Shown: positions 43,762-58,385 of the stretch, piece by piece | Numbering within the stretch: position 1 is the stretch's first letter | How the letters are laid out: each line of letters starts with the position of its first letter | Origin: Eledone cirrhosa | Taxonomy: Eukaryota | DNA length: 64,000 nt | Assembly: GCA_964016885.1 (NCBI GenBank) | Contig: OZ024743.1 | Coordinates: 309,628,001 to 309,692,000, forward strand | Direction of reading: 5' to 3' | Translations under genes and position numbers: made by a program | Notes under the pieces: model-generated | What the model was told of the DNA's origin: nothing | Databases searched by the model: none | The model's input: only the letters and a program-made list of their open reading frames with translations

Positions 43762-44352
43762 AAATAAACACATCACACAGGGGATAATTTGTAAAGGTTG
43801 TAAACACACATAGTCACCGGGCTAAAATTAAAAATTAACAAGAACCTTGAATATAGGCACCTTGCAAATCTCCTTTGTATATATTCCATTAAGAAATGTA
43901 TTCCACCGTTAATCGGTGAATCATCGATGTAAAATCTTGGATTATCGGCAAAGGAGAAGATTTAAATATCTATGATTACACACTAAAATCATGGAGTAAC
44001 GGCGAAAAGCACATGTGGTTTAAAAAACACATCGCCCTGCCACCAAGCCAGTGGCCGAATAGGGTTGTAGACAGCTAGAAATAACAGTCGAGTCCTTTTA
44101 ACATAAAAAAGCTCTACTAATAGACTTAGGAGCCGTAAATACTACCAACATTTGCCAATGATCCGATGATCCAAGATTTAACACCTATGATTCACCGATT
44201 AATTGTGAAATATATTTCTTCAATGGAATATATACAAAGGAGATTAATCATTGTTGCAAGGTATCTATAATGAAGTTTCTCGTTAATTTTTAATATGTTA
44301 CATCCGTAACAACTTTACAAATTATCCCCTGTAATTGTGTGATATGTTTATT
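43762..44352. mobile_element. Fold-back or MITE-like element with about 190-bp diverged inverted arms in (TA)n
   Basis: 43762-43950 vs 44160-44352, e.g. tctcctttgtatatattccatt / aatggaatatatacaaaggaga. Confidence 0.7.
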
Positions 44353-44899
44353 ATATATATATATATATATGTAATTTTACTTTTAATCTAATGTTAATAA
44401 ATACTCGGATTTACTACTTGGAATTTTGAGCTTATTCCACAGGTGATATGGAGCATGCTTCTGATATTCTCAGACATGGCATCTTTAATCTAATTTTGAT
44501 AGTACATATATATATATATGTACATTATAGGGTCGAGTGAAATTAGGCTGCTTCTTCTAGCAAATATATTACTCGCCAAACGCCCACCCATTACCACCTT
44601 TCTGTCACCGTTATACTACGTGATAATTCCCCGCTCCAAAGAGAATTTATCACTGGTAGTGGTCAGTTCAAGTATTCGTCCTTACATTGAAGCCTTGGTG
44701 CACTTTAGTTGGACTCTGGCTGCATACCACCCGACGAATCTGTTCAGTCCGTACTTTGAAGAATAAAATAGGGATATTTTCTCTGTTTTCTTTACAACAG
44801 CTAGTCTGGAACTAGCTGTTGAAACGGAAGGAGCGCAGCCGTCGTGGTCCTGAGTCATTATTAATATATATATATATATATATAACATTGTATAAAGAA

Positions 44900-45345
44900 A
44901 TGAAGTAAAGATGGATGTATCCGCAAAAGTCATATATATCAAGATATGGATAAGCTCTTTACATCAACATTATCGAGAATTATTCAAGTTAAACTAATTC
45001 AAGGGAGTGATACATGATTAAGGTCAGAATAATTGGCGATAAGCAGTGTTATAGAGTATAATATGATATTTAGAAACTGTCAACTGAAGAGATCAATTGA
45101 AAAATATTTATGTTTTGGATGTGAATCAATTCAAAAACATAAATGTTTTTTAAATTGATTGATATCTTTGGTTGACTCTCTAAACCTGTATTATACTCTA
45201 TGACACTGTTTATTCTCAATTATTCTGTCATACATCATGTATGACTACCTTTCATTAGATTAACTTGAATAATTGATAATAATTATAATGTATTGAGCTT
45301 ATCCGTATCTTGATATATATGATTTTTGAGTATACCTCCATTTTT
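44900..45345. repeat. Old about 445-bp imperfect palindrome
   Basis: tcatatatatcaagatatggataagctc / gagcttatccgtatcttgatatatatga, continuing to a centre near 45125. Confidence 0.8.
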
Positions 45346-45365
45346 AATTCAATTATTCTCTCCCT

Positions 45366-45442
<77 letters not shown>

Positions 45443-45625
45443 AATATATATACATATACATATACATAAATATATATACATATACATATACATAAATATA
45501 TATACATATACATATACATAAATATATATATATATAAATATATAAATATATATATAAATATATATACATATATATGAATATATATACATATATATAAATA
45601 TGTATACATATATATAAATATGTAT

Positions 45626-45678
<53 letters not shown>

Positions 45679-45689
45679 TACATATAAAT

Positions 45690-45725
<36 letters not shown>

Positions 45726-47942
45726 ACACACACACATATATATATATATATGATAAAGAACACAAGAGCGTCTACAACATCAACAGATTTTTATTGGCTT
45801 ACAATGTTTCTTCCTTACGTAACTGTAGAATTCTTCAGAGCTATAAAAGGGGTTTCATTGGTGTTATGGACTCTACCAACCAAACGTTCAAGAACAAAGA
45901 GTAAAGAGAGTAAAGAGCAAAAGCAGGGGACGATAAGTCTAATTTTGGTGCGGGAGTGTGGGGTGTGGTCATATTCATTCCCGGGAGTCGAGTGGTTAGT
46001 GGATCCATAGATGGAGTGGCGTCGATAGTAGGGTGCAGAGGGTGTGGAGAGGCTACACACACACAAAGTGCATACAATATATATATAACGGAGGAGAAAG
46101 TACATGAGGTAATTAGAAATGGAATAAGATTAATAATAATAATCTAGAATTAATAATGTATAATAAGGCATGGGAAAGATTACACTATAATAATGTATAA
46201 AAGTAAGAATAAGGTAAAATATAAAGGAGGATAAGAGTGAAAATAAGAATAAAGATAAAAAAATATATATATAAAAAATATATAGAGAATATATAAAAAA
46301 AAATAAGCAAGTATTAGAAGGGAAAAACACAATGTAAAAAAACCGATTTTGTCAAATAAAAATATTATAAATATGGGAGGAGAAAACGGGATAGAGAAAT
46401 ATAATCAAATGTGATTAGTTGAGAGAATATAAGATGATAATAGTTATGTCAAGTTTGTACATCTTAATAATAAATAATTTGTATATCAGAGTTACACATC
46501 CTTTAATTCACTTGCTAGTCAACCCACGTAGCATAGTCCATTGCTCATCTGTGCGGTCGTGTGCGTTTGTGTTTGACACCACAGCAGATGCACTAGTTCG
46601 TAAATTTCAATGCAGATAGAAATCTATTTTTGCTCACCCAGACATTGACGGGGGATCCAATATTCCTAGTTCATTGCCGACCCAATATGTGTGTGGTGTT
46701 ATTTTGGTCACACAAATCAATCACTTCGTTCAATATTATGAAGTATGGTTTTCTGGTCTTCGTTACACTATCAGTGGTTGTATATCTCGAAATCACAAGG
46801 ATCACAGTACTCCGGTTTGGTGTGATTATCGGTCATCCAACTATGTTGTCGGTGGTTGGATTCAATTCTATTGCCCAGAACGTAGAACTTTGGTGTTTAT
46901 TGAACATTAACGAGGCAGAGTGAGATCGCATCTGTGGAACAAAATGGTACGCAAGGAAATTTTCGTCTTCGTTTCATACGGGTCTAGCAGTCACGTGCAA
47001 GAACCGCTACGTAGTAATTCTGAGGGTAAGCGGTCAAGATAGTAACTGACCTAACATTTTCTTGGGAATTCAGACAGGCATGACAGGTACATTTAGGTCA
47101 GCAGTTTCTTCATGTGTACGTGTGTCCGATACACACAGACACATATTTATATGTATTTCAACTCAAAAAATTCAATTGATTCGCTTATTGATATTATATC
47201 TCTGTTGCTCCGATGTGCATGTTGTGATGTTCTGGTCGTGTTTACCATTCACTGTGTTTTGCCATTATCTTGGAATGTGATGTTTTGGTCATCAACAGTC
47301 CGGCAAGCGCATTCCTCTCTTATATTGTGGAGAATGGTGTTCTGGTCCTCGGTAAACATTTGGGTCAGCATGAGGTGTGGTGGTTCTCAGTTTCAACTGC
47401 GACAATACATATGTGTTACTCTGCATATCATGCTCTACATATCGTGCTCCTCTCCTCCTGTGCGTATGATATGTATATATGTGTGTATGTATATATATTT
47501 TTTCTGTAGAAGTCTTCTCTATATGTGGTGTTTGGCATGAATTCCTCCTATAATACTCATTCTTTTCCTCCCTTATCTCCCCTTATATTTAAACCTTTTC
47601 CTATGTTATTTATTTTCCTTATTCCCCCTACTTTCTACCTTACCCTTTACATACCCACCTTTTTTATTTATAGACATTTATTTCTGTGTGTATGTATGTG
47701 TTGTGTATATGTGTATATATGTATATATATATATATGTATGTATATATGTGTATGTGTATGTGTATATATATGTGTGTGTGTTTATATGTGTATGTGTGT
47801 ATTTTTATTATCGTGGTGATGTAACCTTTCGTATATATGTGTGTGCATATTGGTGTGTGTATATATATATATATATATTTATGATTGTTGATTATTTAAT
47901 TAATTAATTCGTCATTGAGCCACATCGTAAATGGTTGCCAAA

Positions 47943-47987
<45 letters not shown>

Positions 47988-48214
47988 CTTTGTCTAGTTT
48001 GTGTATATGTAAATCTTTATGTTTGATAATCTCCCATAAGGTTGAGATGCAATTTAGGCAATATTAGGCTGCGTTTTTTAGCAACCAGTCTACTCGCCGT
48101 AAGGCACCAATCACATTCTTTCTGACTTGATCACTGCCACGTCACAGTTCTTAGCCATTTTCAATTCGTTTCTGGCGGGGATCATTTAAGAAAAATCTTC
48201 GTCCAAATGAATTT

Positions 48215-48296
48215 GTTTCCTGATGATTTCGAAGCTCGTGAATTTATCCTTGATCGGATATTTCCAAAAGCGAATGAAACTCCATGGGGTAGAAAC
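48215..48296 (+). ncRNA. Hammerhead ribozyme
   Basis: gtttc-CTGATGA-tttcg...cgaat-GAAA-ctcc at gggg-TA-gaaac. Confidence 0.7.
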
Positions 48297-48676
48297 GTAA
48301 TCTTGGTATGTTTATATACATTTTTTCTCTAACTTTAGTTTTATCCCTAATTGTGTATGGTTGACGATATATTTAATCGATTTTCACATGCTATTGAAGT
48401 GATGGGTAAATATTCTATATTCTATATTCTGTTGATCGCGAATAGATGGCTGTCGTTTATTTATCTATTATTTCTCCATAGGTGCCTTTTAATCTTATGG
48501 CCTTGCTTAGTTGGTTTTTTGTGTGGTTGGTTATTCTGATTGGGAGAGGAGATTGTGTATATATATTATCAAATGATTCTATGGACATACGTTATTGTAT
48601 ATATATTTATATATATATATATATATATAATAGCCGTCGAAATGTCTTGAGCTCTGCCGTCGGGGTCATACTTTTT

Positions 48677-48743
<67 letters not shown>

Positions 48744-48976
48744 ATGGTTGTGTGTATGTACATGCATAATTACATACAGGGTGGTTTAATGTTTATTTTC
48801 ATTGATTATTTGCTCTAGGAACTTGTTGAGTGCGCTAAATCAGCTATAAACATTTATACCTTTATCTATTTATTTATTTCTTCATTATTTGTCGTATTCC
48901 CTTCCACCTTTATCTTTTTATCCTTTTATATTTATATATATATAATATTTATGTTTTATATATATATATATATATG

Positions 48977-49014
<38 letters not shown>

Positions 49015-49047
49015 TATGTATATATATATATATATACACATATATAT

Positions 49048-50530
49048 ATGTAGATAAATTTACCAAAATATAGGGTAGTGTCCAATCCGTATGGAGAACT
49101 CAATGTAATCCAAATATCATGAAAAGAGAAGATGCATTCAAAAATTTTCCATGAAAATCATAGGAAAACAGAGTCAAGATAAATTAATAAAAACAATGAA
49201 ATATAAACAAAGAACAAGTTCCTTATATTAAAAAAATTCATCATTTTACGATCGTTTCTAGGATGTATATATGTGTTGGTATGTATATCATATAGATCTA
49301 TGTAAAAATATTACAAATTATCAGAGGAAATATACATACCTTCACATATACATGCTGTCTTCAGAAATGATGAGATTTGTTTATTGAAAAAACCCAACAA
49401 AGATTTAATATAAAAGGTCTGTTTGGGAACAGGTTTTGAATTTGACCAATAGAAAAGAAGTTAGATGTCAAGTTGATAGAATAGTGGTAGTAGAAATATA
49501 ATTTAGGGGTAGGGGAGTGCAGACTTATGTTTTGAATGAAAAGAATACTTTGAATGAAAAGAATACTTTGGGGATGAAAGGAAGTCAAGCCAGTGAAGGG
49601 TACACGAACATTTGATGTTATTAAAGAATAATGTTAAAAACGAAGGAAAATAAAATTTTAGGGTAAGGGTATTAGTGAGAAATACCAATATTATTTAAAC
49701 CAAAAGGAATCTAGATCTATAACAAGAAATTAAATTAATTGACAGGTATACTTATAGGGTTAAATTTATATTAATTCATATGAATGTGATAAATAAGAAT
49801 TAGATGTTATTAAAGAGTGTTGTTAAAAACGAAGGAAAGTAAAATTTTGGGATAAGGGTAGTAGGGAGAAATACCAATCTTATATAAACTACAAGGAATC
49901 TAGATTCATAACAGGAAATTAAATTAATTTATAGTTATACTTTTAGGTATTAATTTTAGGAAAAGAGAGCTGTAAGAGGGAAATAAAATGATGAAGTTCT
50001 TTGTAGTAAAGTACTAATTATAGGTTAACTAAATTAAAAAAACTAATTATAATAATATGTAAAATATAAGTGTAATGTGTATATTAATTAGGTTTATAAC
50101 ATTTGAAGGTTCTTCTGATTCTATGATTGCAAGATATAATTAATTCCTGTCGCTTATTTAATAGGATATCCTTACATTTCATGATTTTTCAAATAGTTCC
50201 TGTGCGCATAACCTACACTCGTATCTGTTATTTTGATAAGGGGTGGCCCTTTTGAGCACACTCCAAGTCAGGTTGTAATCGATATTCTTCTTTCTATAAT
50301 TATTAATTGTTTCAGCGAAGGATGTTGTAATAGCTAATGCGGCATTTTAAAAACTGTTTGTGGGTATTAAATCTTACTTTAAATTCGTTAGACGTAGCTC
50401 CTATATATGAATAAGTGGAGCCCTTAGTGTTAACTTTACATCCATAGACTATGTTATTAATAAGACAATTTCCCTTTAATGGGCAATTTCTTTTGATTCT
50501 ACAGTTACAACCATTCGTGAATATTATATC
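49048..50530 (-). mobile_element. 5'-truncated diverged copy of the 35-39 kb PLE family
   Basis: Minus encodes WSVLKRATPYQNNRYECRLCAQE..LLNKRQELIISCNH; the UTR, pLTR and tail match 34990-35530. Confidence 0.88.
49238..49373 (-). ncRNA. Hammerhead ribozyme with long stem II
   Basis: Minus: tcatcattt-CTGAAGA-cagcatgtatatgtg..cacatatatacatccta-GAAA-cgatcg-TA-aaatgatga. Confidence 0.8.
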
Positions 50531-50890
50531 AGGGGAGTTAGTCTGTGTATGTGTGTGTATATGTGTGTGTGTATTTATATATTTATATGTATGTATGTGT
50601 ATGTGTATATGCGTGTATTGCTTACCACGTGTGTTTGTTTATTTATTTTTATCTGTGTCCTTTCCTGTATCGCTGTCAACTTAATAATACTTTTTCTTTT
50701 CTTAAGTCTTATTTTTAATTTTTTTATTTGTATGTGACGGCATTATATGTTTTTTATTTTTATTTTTCCTTATAATTAATTGTGTGTGTGCGTATGTAGG
50801 TCTGTATATATATCTATATATGTGTGTGCGTATGTATGCGTGTATATATGTGTGTATGTATGTGTGTGTATGAATGTGTGTATATATATA

Positions 50891-50939
<49 letters not shown>

Positions 50940-50964
50940 TTGTGTATTTATGTGTATGTGTATG

Positions 50965-51020
<56 letters not shown>

Positions 51021-51351
51021 CTTTTTTCCCCACTACAAGCCGAATATTACATAAAAGAGGGACATCCCCCAACTATATAAACCTTAATCTAGTTAGAAAA
51101 ATATAAAAACAATCTCTTCTCAACATATATTAATAACCTTAAATTACCACACTAATAATGGAAAGATATGCTGATGAGAATAGGTGCAAATATGCGATAA
51201 TGAATGTGTCTAAAAACGTCCATAAGTATGTATATATATGCGAAAATGTATATAAATAAGTAAATATATATATATGTTTGATGTGTATAGTTAGATGTAA
51301 GTGTATTCATGTATTAAAGTGCTTATATATATGTGTATATATATATGTATA

Positions 51352-51404
<53 letters not shown>

Positions 51405-52248
51405 GTATATGTATATATATATATATGTATGTATATATGTGTATATGGATGTGTATGTATGTGTATGTGTGTACACATGGCCTAGAGTAAGTATGTATAT
51501 ATCTGTGTGTCTATACATGTGTATATAAAGATAAGTTGAGTATGAAAATGTATACACATTGTATGTACATGAATACATGTGTGTATATATATGTGTATGC
51601 ATGTGTATATATATGTAAGTATGAATATGTAAATTGTGAGTATATGTATTTTGTAGAGGTGTGCAAATATATTTGTGTGTGAATGCGTGGGTGAAAGGAT
51701 ACGTACACCTGAAAGAAAAATTTAAGTCTGAATGTTAATTAAGTGCAAACACAAAACCAACCACGCATATCTTTACTATCTCTAATCCTTCTATAGATTT
51801 AGAAAAATAACCAATAATATATTCTATAAAAAATGTCAAAACAACAGATGGGAATCTAATTACTCACTGCCACCAAGAATTCTCACTGCTATCGAAAAAC
51901 CACTCCTTCAACTATTCTTCTAACAACTTCACCCCTCCCTCCTAATATTCTCTATAAAAACTAAATAGGTCCTCAGTAATATTATTCTGATTAAATGACA
52001 GTAAATAATAACATTGAAATATTGAATGTCTGCATAACTAAAAGTTTGTAGATAGCAGCTGTTTTAGGTTATGTAACTGTTATAGAAACACGTGTCAATA
52101 AATTCCTTTCAACTAAACTGTATCCATTCAAATCTTTCTATTTTTCTCCGGATTACTTTTGGAACTACAACTGGAACCGTCGAGCAAACTCTACGTGAGC
52201 TGATAATCTACTGTGTGTAATATTTATATTACAACACAACGGAAAATA

Positions 52249-52298
<50 letters not shown>

Positions 52299-52508
52299 CG
52301 TTTCTGAATTTGTTTAGCAAGATTCTTTATCTGAAATCGTGTGTTGAAACCGATATTGTTATACTTTGGGAGGGTCATGTGGCGAATAAGAAACACACGC
52401 ACCAGTTGCTTTCACTTCAATTTATTATAATAAATTTATAATAAATTTATAAATTTATAAATTTCTGGTTAGTTGGTTGGTTCCACAACCAGATAGTTGT
52501 TTATATAT

Positions 52509-52553
52509 AGTCATTGTTCTTTCGTCACACACTCTGTGACCTCTTCAGTGACT
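52509..52553 (-). ncRNA. Hammerhead ribozyme (family C), cleavage site mutated
   Basis: Minus: agtca-CTGAAGA-ggtcacagagtgtgtgac-GAAA-gaac-AA-tgact. Confidence 0.6.
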
Positions 52554-54443
52554 GGGGATTCCTTTCTTTGTTTCTGTGCCTCTCCTTTGTTCTGTCCTAC
52601 GCCATTTTGTTTCTGTGTGTGTGTTGTGTGCACAGTCTGCGCATGCGCCACATCCGGGTGTCTGTCTGTGTTTATGTTCATTTATTTATTTGTTTATTTA
52701 CATGTTACTGGTTGGTTGTTTGTTCTATGTGTGTGTGTGTTTTTATTTTGTCCTTAATTGTAAGTTGTGATGTTGCTGTTCCACTCATATTTTCTATTTA
52801 ATTTTGGTTGTAATTCTTTTATGTTTATTGCCTCTGTAATTTGTCTAAACTTTGCGTCTTTTCTGTGTGTATATTCTATTTTTATTTCTATGTTCTCTAA
52901 TTTACCCTTGTGTTCTATTTTAGCATGTTGGTAGAGTAAAGATGATTCTTTACTATCTTGAAGGTCTCGCCAGTGTTCATTTATCCGTTCCCCTACAGTA
53001 CGAGCTGTCTCACCTATGTACACTATATTTTTGTCTCTACATTGTCCTTCAGTACATCTTATGCTATACACTACATTTCTAGTTTTACAGTTAATATGGG
53101 GGCTTATTTTACAGGTTATACATTTCTTATCTATACATGAGAGTCTTTGAAATGGGTATGTCTTGCTAATAAGTGTTTTTACGGAGGTACCTGGTCTTTC
53201 TACTATCTTAATATTGAGTTTATGTTTATTTAGGGCCCTTCTAAATTTGTAAGCTAATTCACGTCTAGGGGTTGTATCGATGAACATTACACTCTGGTAT
53301 TTATTGCTATCATACCATGAATTTATTCTATTAGCCTTATTCCTAGTTCTTTCTATTCTATTCCAAAATTTGCTCCTATACAAGGGGCAGGTCCCATTTA
53401 TGTCATTATTTACCATTTTTTCCCATTTAGTTCTGGCTCCTCTATACACTCTGATTTTATCTTTCTGATTGTAGCCAGAGAACTGCATACGGTGGATGAA
53501 GTGTTGTATGTGTCTCTCTAGTTCTTCGGGGTTGCACATGCGGGACACGTTTCTCATCACCCGTACCAAATCCGCAATCAGTATGTTGATTTTGGTATGG
53601 TCCGAAACGGCCGAGTTTCGGTGGATCAGATGTTTGGAAGTCATGGGTTTGGCACAATCCTCCATTCCCATTATGCCAAACCCATGACTTCCAAACATCT
53701 GATCCACCGAAACTCGGCCGTTTCGGACCATACCAAAATCAACATACTGATTGCGGATTTGGTACGGCTGATGAGAAACGTGTCAATATTAAGATAGTAG
53801 AAAGACCAGGTACCTCCGTAAAAACACTTATTAGCAAGACATACCCTTTTCAAAGACTCTCACGTATAGATAAGAAATGTATAACCTGTAAAATAAGCCA
53901 TATTAACTGTAAAACGAGAAATGTAGTGTATAGCATAAGATGTACTGAAGGACAATGTAGAGACAAAAATATAGTGTACATATGTGAGACAGCTGGTAGT
54001 GTAGGAGAACGGATAAATGAACACTGGCGGGACCTTCAAGATAGTAAAGAATCATCTTTACTCTACCAACAAGCTAAAATAGAACACAAGGGTAAATTAG
54101 AGAACATAGAAATAAAAATATAATCTACACACAGAAAAGACGCAATGTTTAGACAAATTACAGAAGCAATAAACATAAAAGAATTACAACCAAAATTAAA
54201 TAGAAAATATGAGTGGAACAGCAACATCACAACTTACAATTAAGGACAAAATGAAAACACACACACACATAGAACAAACAACCAACCAGTAACATGTAAA
54301 TAAACAAATAAATAAATGAACATAAACACAGACAGACACCCGGATGTGGCGCATGCGCAGACTGTGCACACAACACACACACAGAAACAAAATGGCGTAG
54401 GACAGAACAAAGGAGAGGCACAGAAACAAAGAAAGGAATCCCC

Positions 54444-54488
54444 AGTCACTGAAGAGGTCACAGAGTGTGTGACGAAATAACTATGACT
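54444..54488 (+). ncRNA. Hammerhead ribozyme (family C)
   Basis: agtca-CTGAAGA-ggtcacagagtgtgtgac-GAAA-taac-TA-tgact. Confidence 0.7.
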
Positions 54489-54632
54489 ATATATAAACAA
54501 CTATCTGGTTGTGGAACCAACCAACCAGAAATTTATAAATTTATAAATTTATTATAAATTTATTATAATAAATTGAAGTGAAAGCAACTGGTGCGTGCGT
54601 TTCTTATTGGCAACATGACCCTCCCAAAGTAT

Positions 54633-54718
<86 letters not shown>

Positions 54719-54927
54719 ATATATGTGTGTATGTATATATATGTATATATATATATGTATGTGTGTATGTATATGTGCGTGTGCGTGTGTGTGTATGTGC
54801 ATGTGTGTTTATCTACTTTTATATTTATTCTTTTTCCTTTCCTTTCCTTCTTCCTTTTCCAGCCTCACTTTCATATATATTATATTTTTGTTTTTAAAAT
54901 CCACTGCCAATAAATACACCACGATTT

Positions 54928-54988
54928 TTTTATTCTGATGACTGAAAGCAAATTTTGTTTGCTTTCAAGAAACCACTGGTAAATGAAA
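54928..54988 (+). ncRNA. Hammerhead ribozyme (family D)
   Basis: ttttatt-CTGATGA-ctgaaagcaaat ttt gtttgctttcaa-GAAA-ccactgg-TA-aatgaaa. Confidence 0.85.
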
Positions 54989-55013
54989 TAATTATCTTAT
55001 GTTGTTTATTACA

Positions 55014-55077
<64 letters not shown>

Positions 55078-56011
55078 CGTGTATATATATTTACATGTAT
55101 ATATATATATATATTACACACATATATATATATGTAAACGTGTTGCATTCCCATATCCGTTGGGTAGATATCTCATATATCCAGAATGATATGTTTAACT
55201 TAAAATTCTAAAAACATACAGAAGGATTATTAGTAATTTCACAAGTTGTATGAAATATATTTTTACACTTGAATAAAAAAAGATTTTAAGTGCATTTCAT
55301 AAGGATTGGTGCATTCCAGTATCTCGAACATAACTCATTTTTATATATTATTTTCATGACGGTTAATCGTTTGTATTGATCACATAGAGTATTGCTGAAA
55401 TATTTCATAAAATATTTAGAACAATAAGTCAATAATATTTAGATTATTTTCAGATGAATAGAAGACTAAATTAAGTTATACCTTTATAACATTGATGTCT
55501 AGTTTTTTAGGACTATAAAGATTTCTTGTTGATCTTTGGTATGGATAGTATTTGATATTTCACTGCCCTTAGGATATTTCAATAAAACAAAGCATGAATT
55601 GTTTTACGATTAATGTCATCATTTCATAGTAGCTTCAAAAAAATGTGTGCTTTTCATAAATTGATATTAAGTAAAGTATAATGAAACCGAATGGCACTGT
55701 TTCTTATATCTAAACGTGGTATATTTAAAAAAGAGCCAATGAGATATAATGACATTTATGTTTTTCCCCCGAGGTGATTATCAAACTATATGAAGTCTTT
55801 TCTGCTTTAAAAATCTAACTGTGATCGAACTTTATATGCCATCTCGAAAATTTATTGTGCACTTTTACATTCCTTTTAGACTCATAACTCGTGATAGTAT
55901 CGTAAAGGTGTCATATCAATTATACGGCGTTTCCTGGGAATTTTTAAGAGTGGCAGAGCCCATATCCTTTCCAGGTTTGAACATAGCAGACTTTTCCAGA
56001 GAAGGATTAAA

Positions 56012-56158
<147 letters not shown>

Positions 56159-56659
56159 ATTGATTCCAGTACTAGACAGGTACATTTTTTATCCACATCG
56201 AAAGGATGAAAGGCAAAGATGATCTCGACGGGATTTGAACTGAGAGAACACCGGGCCGGAGCGAATAATACAGACCATTTTATCCGAGGTTCTACAATTT
56301 ACCACCTTTTACTGTACACTATAACACTTTTATTAATAGAATTAATTATACAGATATATAGTTTATTCCCCACACGTCTTTCAGTTCGGTGTCTTGTATC
56401 TTTTCCTTGTACTGATCAACCCATTGTTTTCTTACTTCTAAATACCGTATATTTTCATGTAAATGTCAAATTATATAAATTGCTCTTGGTTAAATATAAC
56501 TCGTCTTTTACTTAAATACTTGAATATATACGGGGTCGACTGTAACATGGTCATCCATTGAAGGGGCTGAAATTCACACTAAAGTTCAAAACACTGATCA
56601 ATAAGCAGAAGCCTAAATCAGCTCTAAATGATAATAAAACATACAATGAATTACGGTAA

Positions 56660-56875
56660 TAATGGTTTCTGATTTAGACACAAGGCCAACAATTTTGGGG
56701 AAGGGGAAAGTCGATTAAATCGACCCCAGTGCGTTACTAGTACTTTATTTTATCGACCCCGTAAGGATAAAAGGCAAAGTTAACCTCGGCGAGATTTCAA
56801 CTTGCAAGGTCATCATAACTATATGCCGCAAAGCCTGTTACCCGATGCTCTACTGATACTGCCAATCCATAGCCT
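56660..56875 (-). mobile_element. tRNA-derived SINE (a more diverged copy lies at about 56160-56300)
   Basis: Same family as 17095. Confidence 0.85.
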
Positions 56876-57709
56876 TGAACCTATGTTACCAAAATATATA
56901 AATAAAGGTGTGTGACACTTATAAATGTTTCCACATGCATACATCAGAAAATAATAGCGTAGAACATAATTTTCACATCGTAACATTTATTTTCAGGAGT
57001 ATAAATTAATTTATTAATATTGATCTGCTTCTCGTGAAAAACAGGGGCTAATTTTTACATGGGATATATAGAAAAATCAAAATATTTTGACAACAATAGT
57101 GGATTGACCTTTACATGCGAGCGACCTTTACACGAATATATACCTGAATTTATACATGAATATATACATGAATACATATATTTACAGTGATTATAGTAAA
57201 AACATTTATCAGCTGCAAAACTGTAATGTCAAGGAAATTGTAGTTTCCTGTTCCAAATTATATAATTTTCCTTCGTATAAATACAACTGGGTTTAAATAC
57301 TCCCAGTGGCACGTTCTGGTTTTGATGATGACGTTTCATTTCACGTTGTTTCCATGATAGGATTGTGGGACCCTATCATCAAAACCCAATCAAACCTCTT
57401 ATGTGACATCTAATGATATGTTAAATCTGTGAGGTTGTGAGCTGTAAATTAGATGAGATACACTAAAATGATCAATAATTGAATCCTGTATTCTAATATC
57501 CCGCTCGTTTCACTGCTATAATATGAATTAATTATATCAGGTGAGTGTTTTAACATTCGAATTAATTTTGAGATTGAGTGCTGTGATTGAAGCCAGCAGT
57601 CTAAACAATGTACGTTTCCCCACCAAAATAAATTTGATTAAGTTTGTAAATATATTTTAATGTGAAATTTTGATAATGTGAAAATATAAGAAATGCAATT
57701 TGATGAAAA

Positions 57710-58385
57710 TAATGGTTTCAAATTTAGGCATAATGCCAGCAACGTTAGCGGAGTGGAAAGTCGATTAAATCGTCTCAACTACTTGAGTGGTATTTTATCG
57801 ACGCAGAAGGATAAACGTCAAAGTTGACCTCGGCAGGATTTGAACTCAGAACATACTGGGTTGTAACTAGATTGCACAAAGTATTTTATTCCACACTAAC
57901 AATTCTGCCACACCACCGCCCTATGATTTGATAAAATGATGATTTCTAGTATAGACGCAAGGCCAGTATTTTGGGGGAGGGGAAAGTCGATTAAATCGAC
58001 CCAGTACATTACTGGTACTTTATTTTATCGATCCCGTAAGGATGAAAGGCAAAGTTAACCTCGGTGGGATTTGAACTCAGACCATAAAGGACCGTAACTC
58101 TATGTTGAAAAGCATGGTGTCAGACTCTACCGAGACTGCCACACCACCGCCATATGATTTGATAAAATAATGATTTCTGATTTAGGCGAAAGGCCAACGA
58201 ATCTTTTGTGAGGTAGGGACAAGTCGATTAAATCAACGCAAGTGCATTACTGGTGCTTTATTTGATCAACCCCATAAGGATAAACGGGATCAGAATTCAT
58301 AACGTAAAGGGACGTAACTATCTAACACAAATCATATTGTCCGAAGCTCTACGGATACTGCCAAGGCATCGCGCTACATGATCTG
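57710..58385 (-). mobile_element. Three SINEs in tandem
   Basis: Units about 57710-57920, 57938-58150 and 58168-58375, separated by atgatttgataaaat-like spacers. Confidence 0.85.

Larger units (their letters stand above)
52297..54638. mobile_element. Penelope family C head-to-head inverted insertion
   Basis: Left arm 52297-53660 (minus, EN ORF) and right arm 53672-54638 (plus, internal deletion near 53784); (TA)n on both sides. Confidence 0.92.

Noticed and set aside
51168-51225. tatg-CTGATGA...AAAA-cg-TC-cata
   Set aside because: GAAA is mutated and stem II is unclear; probably a decayed HHR but not supportable.
57710-58385. CRISPR-like repeat/spacer pattern
   Set aside because: The units are about 220-bp SINE copies in a eukaryotic context with no cas genes.
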